Of a stretch of 38,084 nucleotides of DNA, positions 1-8,076 are shown piece by piece. The notes beneath the pieces are model-generated. The model saw only the letters and a list, made by a program, of their open reading frames with translations. It ran no database searches and had not been told where the DNA came from. The stretch spans positions 1 to 38,084 of the forward strand of contig JACOXP010000009.1 of the NCBI GenBank assembly GCA_016182295.1. Direction: 5' to 3'. The number at the start of each line of letters is the position of its first letter. Position 1 is the first letter of the stretch. Made by a program: the position numbers and the translations under genes. Source of the DNA: Candidatus Harrisonbacteria bacterium (GTDB taxonomy: Bacteria; Patescibacteriota; Minisyncoccia; UBA6257; WO2-44-18).

Positions 1-45
1 TCGCCACCTCGCTCGCACGGCATCGCTGCGGTCTTCGATTCCCGC

Positions 46-71
46 AATCAGGCAAATAAATTTGCCTGATT
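46..71 (-). terminator. Hairpin 3' of tRNA-Cys (possible terminator or processing signal)
   Basis: Perfect 12-bp inverted repeat AATCAGGCAAAT-AA-ATTTGCCTGATT, about 10 nt after the tRNA 3' end. No long U tail. Confidence 0.5.
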
Positions 72-81
72 AAAGCGCCGG

Positions 82-153
82 AGGCGCGGGCGGGAATCGA
101 ACCCGCGTATAGGAGTTTTGCAGACTCCCGCCTTACCACTTGGCTACCGCGCC
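82..153 (-). tRNA. tRNA-Cys(GCA)
   Basis: The reverse complement folds as a cloverleaf: GGCGCGG/CCGCGCC acceptor stem, anticodon arm GGAGT-CTGCAAA-ACTCC, T loop GTTCGATTC and U discriminator. It is followed by CCG, so CCA is not fully encoded. Confidence 0.95.
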
Positions 154-178
154 ATAATTCCAAAATTCCTAATTTAAA

Positions 179-523
179 TTATTGCTTTTTTGCTAAAATT
201 GCAAGCGCCAACGCGGAAAAGAAAATCGCCACATCGCGGAAGGTCACCAGAAAAACTCCAAGCGAGGAAAAAATAATCGCCAGCATAAAAAGCGCTGTGA
301 GAATCGCCGGCCAGAAAATTTTAATTCCGGAAAGAATCCAAAGACCTATCAGCAATTCACTTACCGAACCGAGAATTACCACGCTGTTAAAAAACGGCAA
401 AGCTTGAAGAAATTCCGGATAGAACCCAGTCCAAGCGCCGGGAACCACCATGGCTGAAATCGCCGCGTAGATCAAAACAAAACCAATCCCAATCCTCAAA
501 AAAACCGCCGCCAAGTTTTCCAT
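179..523 (-). CDS. DoxX-family membrane protein
   Basis: 114 aa with about 4 TM helices. N-terminal LRIGIG, central ELLIGLWILSG and C-terminal FRDVA are typical of DoxX/MauE-like proteins. Confidence 0.7.
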   Translation of the reverse strand: MENLAAVFLRIGIGFVLIYAAISAMVVPGAWTGFYPEFLQALPFFNSVVILGSVSELLIGLWILSGIKIFWPAILTALFMLAIIFSSLGVFLVTFRDVAIFFSALALAILAKKQ

Positions 524-594
524 AGTCTTAATTATAACATTCTCAACGCGCTGACTATGAAAAGGCGGTTTGGCTATTTAGATATAGCAAGATT

Positions 595-768
595 CCCCAG
601 AGAGACCTCTCGGAAATGTCCCTGAGGGAAAGTGACGGAGGCGAGCCAGCTTGGTCGCTATCCGATAGGATAGCGTGGCGAGCCGAGTCTCTAGTGCCAC
701 GCTCCGCCGCTGGAGCGGAGCGATGGCCGGTTCCCGAGGGGACTTTCCGAGAGGTCTGATACTGAGGG
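595..768. repeat. Highly structured ~174-nt palindromic intergenic element (ncRNA or MITE-like)
   Basis: AGACCTCTCGGAAA (603-616) pairs with TTTCCGAGAGGTCT (744-757), with further pairing at 618-630/731-743. Internal hairpins at 656-675 and 700-717. Confidence 0.6.
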
Positions 769-770
769 TG

Positions 771-1226
771 TTATAGGACTACGATTTCCGCCTGCCTAAT
801 GCCGAATTTCTTCGCTGATTCGCGGTCAGGCATCCAAATGTCTACCCGGTCGCTGAAACGTCGATGCATCCGGTCTTCGACTACGAAAACCTTTTCTCCG
901 AAAAGTTCCGGAATTTTAATCACGGCGCCAATCGGAAGAAAGTTAGCCGCCACAATACCGTCCCGAACATGCGCGCCGGAAGCCGTAATAAACGGCGTGT
1001 CATCGGTTTGATCAGGAGTTGAGGAATAAGCGGTAATGTGAACCGTCTTTCGGTCTCGGCCCTCCTCAAAAGGACTTCGAGCCAAAATGGCGGTTTCTTC
1101 GACGTTGGCCCCCAAAAGCATCGGGCCAGCCATTCCAAAGTAAAAGACATCAACCAGTGGACTGAAATTGGCAAGAAGAGCAAGGGCGATAAAACCATGG
1201 ACCATTTTGTAACCGTATTTATTCAT
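771..1226 (-). CDS. 3D (Asp-Asp-Asp) domain protein, lytic-transglycosylase-like
   Basis: Motifs TAYSS...TASG...VAAN...P-G...VEDRM...VDIW and an N-terminal hydrophobic segment. Start placed at the ATG of MNKYG (1226). Confidence 0.85.
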   Translation of the reverse strand: MNKYGYKMVHGFIALALLANFSPLVDVFYFGMAGPMLLGANVEETAILARSPFEEGRDRKTVHITAYSSTPDQTDDTPFITASGAHVRDGIVAANFLPIGAVIKIPELFGEKVFVVEDRMHRRFSDRVDIWMPDRESAKKFGIRQAEIVVL

Positions 1227-1418
1227 ATTTTTTGAAATAAAAACGCCCCTTTCGGGGTATTTATATTTCTGGCGTATTCTAGCATAGCGCCAAATAAAAG
1301 TCAATAGCGTATCTATACAGCCACGTTCGAACCTATTTTAGCAAAAACTTCTGATTCTGACGAACGCCTCCGCGCTGCCGCAAAGTGAAGTCATTAACGA
1401 CACGATGAATGCTTAACG

Positions 1419-2783
1419 TCATAGCATATAAGGAACATCCGATCCGCGTGTGGGAAAAGCATAGAGAACGCGTTTTAAATCATCTGCTGAAATACCAAAC
1501 CTTATCGCAACGGCAAAAACATTAATGAGTTCATCCGAGTGCGGACCGAAAAGATGGGCGCCTAAAACTTTTCCGCTCCCTTCTTCAATAATAACTTTAT
1601 GCCCAGAGTAAGCTTCGTTGCGCAAACGCGCGCTAAACCACTGAGAAGTGTCGGCGTAATTTAGGCGGTATTTCAATCCGTTTTTCTTCGCTTCGTCCTC
1701 TCCCATGCCAACGGATGAAAGCGGAGGAACGGTAAAAACAACGCTGGCAAGAGCGGTGTAATCCGGCTTTTCACGATTACCCTCTAGAATATTTTTTGCG
1801 ATTATTGTGCCGTCATATCCGGCGCGCGGCGTAAGGGGCGCGGCAAGATATGCCACCGCGTCTCCTCCGGCATATACCGAGGGATTGCTTACGCTCTGAA
1901 GAAATTCGTTAACTTTGACCCCGCGCTTGTCATATTCAATTCCGGCCGCTTCAAGGTTGAGATCGCTAATTGCCGGAATGCGTCCTGCGCCATGAACAGC
2001 AATATCTGCGTCAAATGTATATGTTTTCCCGTTGCGTTCTCCGTTCACTCGCACGCCCTGGCCGATTTTTTCTATCTTTGTTACCGAAATTTCTAATTCA
2101 ATTCCAATGCCTAAAGCCCGGCTTCGTTTGAGTAAAATGTCTGTTAATTCCGGCTCGAATTGTTCAAGGGGCCGCTCCCCTCTATGTAGAATAGTAACTT
2201 TCGCTCCGGCGAGTGCGGCAACATGTGAAAATTCAAATGAAATATATCCGCCGCCGATAAAGATAATTCGTTTAGGAAGTTCCTTCAACTCAAGAAAATT
2301 GTCGCTTATCGTCAAATGCTCAAAACCTTCTATGGGTAGCCGCGACGGTTCAGCACCCGTTGCTATAACGATGCGTTCAGCCTCAAGCACGTTACCATCT
2401 ACGACAATCGTATTCGGGCCTTCAAATCTCGCGTGACCATGATACATATCAATGCCTTTCTTGGCGTAGCCCTCCTCCGTTTTTTTAGGCGTTGCATCGG
2501 TGTCTATCCGCTTGAAGCGCATGAGTGCCGGCCAGTCAATGCCGTGCTTTGCCGCGGACAGGCCATTTCCTTTCATCCGCCGAATAGCATCAACTGCCTC
2601 TGCCGCGCTTACCAGAATTTTTTTTGGATGACAGCCGCGAAGGGCGCAGGTCCCGCCGAACGGACGGGAATCAATAACCGCAACTGATTTTCCCGCCTTC
2701 TTCGCTTGCGCAGTCGGAGCCCCGGATGCCGAACCCGTTCCAATAGCTATAAGGTCGTATTTTTTTGCGGTGTTTTTTATCAT
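1419..2783 (-). CDS. Pyridine nucleotide-disulfide oxidoreductase, glutathione reductase-like
   Basis: GGTCALRGCHPKK redox CxxxxC, GGGYISFEF NAD(P)H motif, dimerisation domain ending AFPT. No C-terminal CC. Confidence 0.88.
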   Translation of the reverse strand: MIKNTAKKYDLIAIGTGSASGAPTAQAKKAGKSVAVIDSRPFGGTCALRGCHPKKILVSAAEAVDAIRRMKGNGLSAAKHGIDWPALMRFKRIDTDATPKKTEEGYAKKGIDMYHGHARFEGPNTIVVDGNVLEAERIVIATGAEPSRLPIEGFEHLTISDNFLELKELPKRIIFIGGGYISFEFSHVAALAGAKVTILHRGERPLEQFEPELTDILLKRSRALGIGIELEISVTKIEKIGQGVRVNGERNGKTYTFDADIAVHGAGRIPAISDLNLEAAGIEYDKRGVKVNEFLQSVSNPSVYAGGDAVAYLAAPLTPRAGYDGTIIAKNILEGNREKPDYTALASVVFTVPPLSSVGMGEDEAKKNGLKYRLNYADTSQWFSARLRNEAYSGHKVIIEEGSGKVLGAHLFGPHSDELINVFAVAIRFGISADDLKRVLYAFPTRGSDVPYML

Positions 2784-2787
2784 ACTT

Positions 2788-5166
2788 TTATACTTTATGC
2801 CCGCCGAATACGGCGCGGAGCGATGAAAGAATTTTTCCGGTAAACGAAGGGTGCTTTTTTGAACGCACTCGAAAGAGATACGAATCTTTTATAACCGGCG
2901 CGGGAATGCCTAATTCTTTAGCGGTTTTCACCGTCCACTCCCCTTCGCCAGTATGCGCTACGATCCCCGATGCTTTTTTTAAATCTTCTCCGTATTCTCT
3001 AAAGCCCTCTTCGAGCCACCCCGTCAGGCGCGAGGTAATAATGCTGTTCTGATTGTACACATTGGCGACATCTTTCAGAGAAAATTTAAACGGAGAATTT
3101 TTGAGTATCGTAAATCCTTCGGCGAGCGACTGCATCATCCCATACTCAATGCCATTGTGAACCATTTTTGCAAAATGTCCGGCACCGGATTTTCCCAAAT
3201 ATCCAGAAGGTGTATCGGACATCGCGTCGAAAATCGGCCTGCTTTTATCATATATCTCTTTTTCACCACCGGCCATGATGGCAAATTTTCCGAGTTGAAT
3301 AGAAACCGGCCCGCCAGAAACACCGACATCAAGAAAATGAATACCTTTGACTTTTAACTTCTTTTCGCGTCGAATCGAATCTTTGTAGAAAGAATTTCCT
3401 CCGTCAACGACGACATCTCCTTTGTCTAAGATATGCGCAAGACCTCCTGCTCCAAAAATCACTTCATCCACGGGCTTACCGGCCGGAACCATAAGCCATA
3501 CGGTGCGTGGCGTATGAAGTTTGTCCACGAAATCTTTCAGAGAATATGTGCCGACAACGCCTTCTTTTTCAAGCTCTCTAGTGGCTTCGGGCGCTCTGTT
3601 GAGCCCAACAACCTGCCATTTTTTTGCGGCTAAACGTCGAGCAAGATTCCCGCCCATTTTCCCTAAGCCAATAATTCCAATTTTACCGGCGAGGGCACCG
3701 GTTTTTATGTCTTCGCTGTCCGGCCGTTTTTGCACAAAAGACGGACATGGTGTCGTATCCGGTTTGTATTCTGCCAGAGGAATAAGATGACGCTTCCATT
3801 CATCCACGATCGAATCCGTGAATTTCCATGCCGCTTCGATTTCGTTTTGGGAAACAAAAGATGTCTGTTCGCCCATTATTGTCGCGTACAGCACTTTCGC
3901 ATACTCCGCCACATATTGAATTTTCACCTCTTTTTCGTAAAGAAAGAATGAAAATACGCGTTCTTCCAAAATACGATCAAAGCCGGGTTTTTTTGTCCAG
4001 AAATGGATAATGATTTCATCATTCGGTTCGAGACGGAACACTATTTGGTTTGGCCGATGCGGCCCGACTTCGCACAAAAGGCATGCTTTGGGGTGCTTTA
4101 ATGTAACGACAATCTCTTTGCGCGCTTCGGCTAGGCGTTTTCCAGCCTCAATAACAATCGGCACGCCGTTCCAACGCGGGTCGTCAAGTTCGGTTTTCAG
4201 AGCAAAGTATGTTTCCGTAACTGAATGCTCGCGCACGCCGTCCACTTCAAGATAGCCCTTGTATTGGGCACGAAAAGTGTTTTTTTGAATTGAATCTTTG
4301 GTCCACGAAAGTAGGGCGGTTAAGACACGGGCGCGATTCTCGCGGATCGTTTCGGCATTGCTGAGAGCAGGATGTTCCATAAGCAAGGTTGCGAGCATGG
4401 CAAGCAGGTGATTTTGGCCGACATCGCGCAACGCGCCGACCGCATCATAAAAACCACCGCGCCCTTCGACTCCTATGGATTCAAGAAGTCGAATATCTAT
4501 GCGCTCAATGGTTGTGTTGTCCCAGGTGTTTTCAAAAAGATTATTAGAGAAACGAAAATTTTCTATTCCCTGAATAATCTCTTTAAATAAATAATGATCT
4601 ATGCGGTAAAGCTGTTCCTCCTTAAAGTATGCCAAGAGAAGGGACTGCAAGTTTTGCGCGCTCATTAAATCCGTACCGAAGGGTTTTTCAATAAGCAGGC
4701 GGCTCCAGCCAAGTTTACCGCCACACGGCAAATTCAGCTTCACTCCCGCCAAATTTTCAAAAATCGGTTTGTAGGTTGCTGGGGGCGCGGCAAGATAGAA
4801 AAGTTTGTTTGCGCAGACGCCCCATGATTTTTCTGACGCCTCAATGGACTTAGCCAGCACGCGGAAGGCCGCGGCATCTTCAAACTTGCCTGCATGATAC
4901 GAGAAGAGATCCGCAAAGCGGGAAAGTTTTTCATCACGTATTTCCGAATTGCTTTTATTGCGGACTGCGGATTCTATAGACGATTTGAATTTGTATTCAG
5001 ATATATCGCCGCGCGAGAATCCGATAACAGAAAAACGGTCTCCTAGGAGATTCTGATCAAAGAGTCGCCAGAGCGACGGAATAATCTTTCGCGTTGCCAA
5101 ATCGCCGTTGATGCCAAAAACGACAAGAATAGTCGGTGTATTATTTTTTTGCGGTTTATCTTTCAT
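2788..5166 (-). CDS. zwf: Fused glucose-6-phosphate dehydrogenase / 6-phosphogluconate dehydrogenase (short Gnd type)
   Basis: The N-terminal ~480 aa carry FGINGDLA, IEKPFG, RIDHYL, RDVGQNHLL and AGKRL (G6PD). The C-terminal ~300 aa carry GLGKMG, DGGNS, VSGG and KMVHNGIEYG (6PGDH). One uninterrupted ORF. Confidence 0.9.
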   Translation of the reverse strand: MKDKPQKNNTPTILVVFGINGDLATRKIIPSLWRLFDQNLLGDRFSVIGFSRGDISEYKFKSSIESAVRNKSNSEIRDEKLSRFADLFSYHAGKFEDAAAFRVLAKSIEASEKSWGVCANKLFYLAAPPATYKPIFENLAGVKLNLPCGGKLGWSRLLIEKPFGTDLMSAQNLQSLLLAYFKEEQLYRIDHYLFKEIIQGIENFRFSNNLFENTWDNTTIERIDIRLLESIGVEGRGGFYDAVGALRDVGQNHLLAMLATLLMEHPALSNAETIRENRARVLTALLSWTKDSIQKNTFRAQYKGYLEVDGVREHSVTETYFALKTELDDPRWNGVPIVIEAGKRLAEARKEIVVTLKHPKACLLCEVGPHRPNQIVFRLEPNDEIIIHFWTKKPGFDRILEERVFSFFLYEKEVKIQYVAEYAKVLYATIMGEQTSFVSQNEIEAAWKFTDSIVDEWKRHLIPLAEYKPDTTPCPSFVQKRPDSEDIKTGALAGKIGIIGLGKMGGNLARRLAAKKWQVVGLNRAPEATRELEKEGVVGTYSLKDFVDKLHTPRTVWLMVPAGKPVDEVIFGAGGLAHILDKGDVVVDGGNSFYKDSIRREKKLKVKGIHFLDVGVSGGPVSIQLGKFAIMAGGEKEIYDKSRPIFDAMSDTPSGYLGKSGAGHFAKMVHNGIEYGMMQSLAEGFTILKNSPFKFSLKDVANVYNQNSIITSRLTGWLEEGFREYGEDLKKASGIVAHTGEGEWTVKTAKELGIPAPVIKDSYLFRVRSKKHPSFTGKILSSLRAVFGGHKV

Positions 5167-5208
5167 ATCACCGTTGTTTAGACAGAAAAAACTTTACGAT
5201 TATCAGTT

Positions 5209-6669
5209 TTATATACAACAACTTAATTTAGAAATATCTTTTGTAAACGATAGCGCGACAATTTTTATCGCTTCTGAAAGCGTTGGGAACATCGGGAGCG
5301 AATTGACCACATCGTCAATCGTGTTTTTGTTTTTTACCAACATCATCGCCTCGGCGATCAGCTCTCCGGCGTTTGGCGCGAGAATATGCACGCCGAGAAT
5401 TTGTTTCGTTTTCGGATGAATCGCCATTTTTATCATTCCCTCGGTGCGGTGCATGATAATCGCTTTTGGCACATCCTCAAACGAAACTGTGCGGCAGGCG
5501 CACACTCCCATTTGCTTCATCTGCTCGTCTTCAGTAAAGCCGACACCCGCAAGCTGAGGGTCGGTAAAAATAGTGTAGGGCACGGCATTATAATCTATGC
5601 TTTTGAGCGCCTGCCCTTCCGAAGCTCCGGAGGAGCGAAGGAGGGCGTTTTCAGCGGCGAGCGTTCCTTCCCGTCCGGCGGTTGGTTCAAGCCGCAAGGG
5701 TCCGCTCGTAACATCACCCACCGCGAAAATATTTTTGTTGGAAGTTTGGAAATGCTGATTTACAACGACCGCCTGCCCTTTGTTCACCTCAACGCCGACA
5801 ACATCAAGACCAAGCCCTTGCGTGTTGGGTGTTTTGCCTGCCGCTAAAAGTATTTCATCGGCGGACACTTCTTCCTGCCCCTCGCCGATCTGGTACGAAA
5901 CAATTTTTTTATCGCCCTCTTTGCGCGCGTTTTTTACCTCAACATTGGTCTTGATAATAATTCCTTCTTTTGAAAGTATCTCGGTGAGCCGATCAGTAAG
6001 AGCTTTTTCAGAGTGCGGAAAAATTGAATCGCCGCGCTGTAAAATAGTTACTTTCGTGCCAAAACGGCTGAACATTTGGGCAAACTCCAAGCCGACAGGG
6101 CCTGCACCGATGACGACTAATTCTTTCGGTTGTTTTTCAAGGCGCAACGCTTCGATATGTGTAACAAATCCAATTTCGTGGATACCCTCAATCGGCGGCA
6201 CATTGGCGGTGGAGCCCGCGGCGATAATAAATTTTTCCGCACTCAATTTTTCCCTAGCTTGCCCTGAACTTGTCGAACCAGTCGAAGAGGTCACCTCTAC
6301 CTCATTTTGAGAAACAAATTTTGCCTTTCCCTCGATTGCTGTTACATGTTCTAAATTTTTCAAGACCTTTTCATATTTCTCTTGACGTAGTTTTCCCACA
6401 AGCGAAAGTTCGTCTTTCACAACTTTTTGAAAATCAAAATTTTTCACTTCAAGCTCTACGCCGGCAACGCCGTGATGTTTGGCGTGGTGTAAAATTTCTC
6501 CGGCGTAAAGAAGTGTCTTTGACGGCACACAACCAACATTGACACAAGTGCCGCCGAGCGGAAGTCCCGAATTCACGAGCGCAGTCTTTGCGCCGAGCTC
6601 ATTGGCGCGGATTGCCGCCGCAAACGCGCCCGCTCCACCGCCGATAATGATAAGGTCAAATTTTTGCAT
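5209..6669 (-). CDS. merA: Mercuric reductase (no NmerA domain)
   Basis: GGTCVNVGCVPSK redox motif, LRQEKY motif and C-terminal vicinal cysteines (LSCCI). Confidence 0.82.
   Translation of the reverse strand: MQKFDLIIIGGGAGAFAAAIRANELGAKTALVNSGLPLGGTCVNVGCVPSKTLLYAGEILHHAKHHGVAGVELEVKNFDFQKVVKDELSLVGKLRQEKYEKVLKNLEHVTAIEGKAKFVSQNEVEVTSSTGSTSSGQAREKLSAEKFIIAAGSTANVPPIEGIHEIGFVTHIEALRLEKQPKELVVIGAGPVGLEFAQMFSRFGTKVTILQRGDSIFPHSEKALTDRLTEILSKEGIIIKTNVEVKNARKEGDKKIVSYQIGEGQEEVSADEILLAAGKTPNTQGLGLDVVGVEVNKGQAVVVNQHFQTSNKNIFAVGDVTSGPLRLEPTAGREGTLAAENALLRSSGASEGQALKSIDYNAVPYTIFTDPQLAGVGFTEDEQMKQMGVCACRTVSFEDVPKAIIMHRTEGMIKMAIHPKTKQILGVHILAPNAGELIAEAMMLVKNKNTIDDVVNSLPMFPTLSEAIKIVALSFTKDISKLSCCI
5609..5647. 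repeat. In-frame palindromic repeat, family B (CCGAAGC-hairpin-GCGAAGG), in merA
   Basis: GCCTGCCCTTCCGAAGCTCCGGAGGAGCGAAGGAGGGCG encodes LLRSSGASEGQA. Related copies at 25914-25955 and 37105-37141. Confidence 0.6.
6257..6278. repeat. In-frame repeat, family A, in merA
   Basis: GCTTGCCCTGAACTTGTCGAAC is identical to 31316-31337 and encodes STSSGQA. Confidence 0.8.
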
Positions 6670-6985
6670 AGTGATTGATTCTATCTTTCATCACCTCAAC
6701 AACAGGTGATTTTTTAAGTTTGTAATACACTGTGCGGAACTCGCGGCGGCTTTCAACCATATCCGCTTTTTGTAGCTTGCGGAGGGTGTGTGAGACGGCA
6801 GAAATGGAAACCCCAATGATTTCGGCAATTTCACCTACTGAAATCTCTTTATGGCGGCATAGAAGATAACAGATTTTAAGGCGTGTTGGGTCGCCGACCA
6901 TGTTAAATTCTCGCGCGCAAGCGATAATCGCATCTTTATTCCCAAGCTCTTTTTTAAGGTCGCTCTTTTTCATACTTGAATACAT
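6656..6985 (-). CDS. ArsR/SmtB-family metalloregulator
   Basis: GDPTRLKI...SVGEIAE...SAVSHTLRKL...VESRREFRTVYY winged HTH. Start at 6985 or 6973; the longer upstream extension overlaps the tRNA. Confidence 0.9.
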   Translation of the reverse strand: MYSSMKKSDLKKELGNKDAIIACAREFNMVGDPTRLKICYLLCRHKEISVGEIAEIIGVSISAVSHTLRKLQKADMVESRREFRTVYYKLKKSPVVEVMKDRINHYAKI

Positions 6986-7020
6986 ATTCAAATGATAGCG
7001 GACAAAAAGAAAAAAGGCAA
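6976..7020 (-). promoter_or_regulatory. sigma70 promoter with ArsR-type operator
   Basis: TTGCCT (7020-7015), 17-nt spacer, TATCAT (6997-6992). A perfect 7-2-7 palindrome TTGAATA-CA-TATTCAA (6976-6991) covers the start site. Confidence 0.7.
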
Positions 7021-7048
7021 CGAGTAATTTATTCATAAGGAGTTCCTT

Positions 7049-7073
7049 AAACTTTTCCGCGCAGGAAAGTTTT
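7049..7073 (-). terminator. Hairpin 3' of tRNA-Leu(CAA)
   Basis: AAACTTTTCC-GCGCA-GGAAAGTTT imperfect inverted repeat. Confidence 0.4.
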
Positions 7074-7077
7074 GTCT

Positions 7078-7162
7078 TGGTGCCCGGGGGGAGAGTCGAA
7101 CTCCCATGCCTTTCGGCGCACGATTTTGAGTCGTGTACGTCTGCCAATTCCGTCACCCGGGC
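7078..7162 (-). tRNA. tRNA-Leu(CAA)
   Basis: GCCCGGG acceptor stem, anticodon arm CACGA-CTCAAAA-TCGTG, long variable arm GCCGAAAGGC, encoded CCA. Confidence 0.95.
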
Positions 7163-7203
7163 GCGGTTTTCCTATTTTAAACTAAGCAATTATAATAAAT
7201 AGC

Positions 7204-8076
7204 ATGGAGAATACTCCAATTCAAGGACCGGTATTTTTGATAGAAGTGGACAAAATCTCCCCCAACCCGCAGCAGCCGCGGCGGGATTTTAATAAAGAAG
7301 AATTAAGTGAATTGGCGGCATCTATAAGAGAATTTGGCCTGCTCCAACCGATAGTCGTAACCAAACTCGAAAAAGAGAGCGAGACCGGGACGGAAATCGC
7401 TTATCAATTGGTGGCCGGGGAACGCCGTTGGAGAGCGGCTCAAATGCTGGGCCTAGAGAGAATTCCAGCCATTATCCGAAACGTCGATCTGGAACGAGAG
7501 AGATTGGAGTTAGCCGTTTTGGAAAATGTCCAACGGGCAAACCTTAATCCGATTGAATCCGCTCGCGCTTACGCCCGCTTGCAAGATGAATTTAAACTAA
7601 CTCAACGGGAGATTGCCGCCAGAATCGGAAAGAGCCGCGAAGTAATCGCCAATACAATGCGCCTGCTTGGGTTGCCCACCGAAGTTCAGGAAGCAATAAG
7701 CAGGGGTGAAATCAGTGAAAGCCAGGGACGGTTATTGTTGACGGTTGACGACCAAATTCAGCAAAAAATGCTTTTCAGCGATCTTTTAAGAAGCAATTTG
7801 AGCGTTCGCGAGTTGCGCAACCGCATTCAAGCCCTAAAAATTTCCAAAACAACGCAAGACATTGCCCCGCCGACAGCATCCGTCGTCGACGCGGAAACCT
7901 CGGCCCTGCAAAAAGAACTGGAATCGGCGCTCGGCGCCAAAGTCCGAGTGGAGAAATCCGGAGAAACCGGAAAATTGATAATTAGTTTTTATTCTCCGGA
8001 AGAACTTCGGGGAATAGTCGAAAGATTGGCTAGACGAGACGATAATTTGCCTCCTTCACCTCCTTTAGCTTTTTGA
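7204..8076 (+). CDS. parB: ParB/Spo0J chromosome partitioning protein
   Basis: PNPQQPRR, GLLQPI, VAGERRWRAA, ENVQRANLNPIE and an HTH. Confidence 0.93.
   Translation: MENTPIQGPVFLIEVDKISPNPQQPRRDFNKEELSELAASIREFGLLQPIVVTKLEKESETGTEIAYQLVAGERRWRAAQMLGLERIPAIIRNVDLERERLELAVLENVQRANLNPIESARAYARLQDEFKLTQREIAARIGKSREVIANTMRLLGLPTEVQEAISRGEISESQGRLLLTVDDQIQQKMLFSDLLRSNLSVRELRNRIQALKISKTTQDIAPPTASVVDAETSALQKELESALGAKVRVEKSGETGKLIISFYSPEELRGIVERLARRDDNLPPSPPLAF

Noticed and set aside
5209-6669. Dihydrolipoamide dehydrogenase call
   Set aside because: It lacks the HPTxxE His and has the C-terminal CC pair, which favours MerA.
6986-7156. N-terminal extension of ArsR (166-aa ORF)
   Set aside because: It runs through tRNA-Leu and the promoter; the real start is 6985 or 6973.
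7204-8076. parB without parA or parS as a plasmid/phage signal
   Set aside because: It is a typical chromosomal Spo0J-type sequence among core genes. No parS palindrome was seen, and parA may lie elsewhere.
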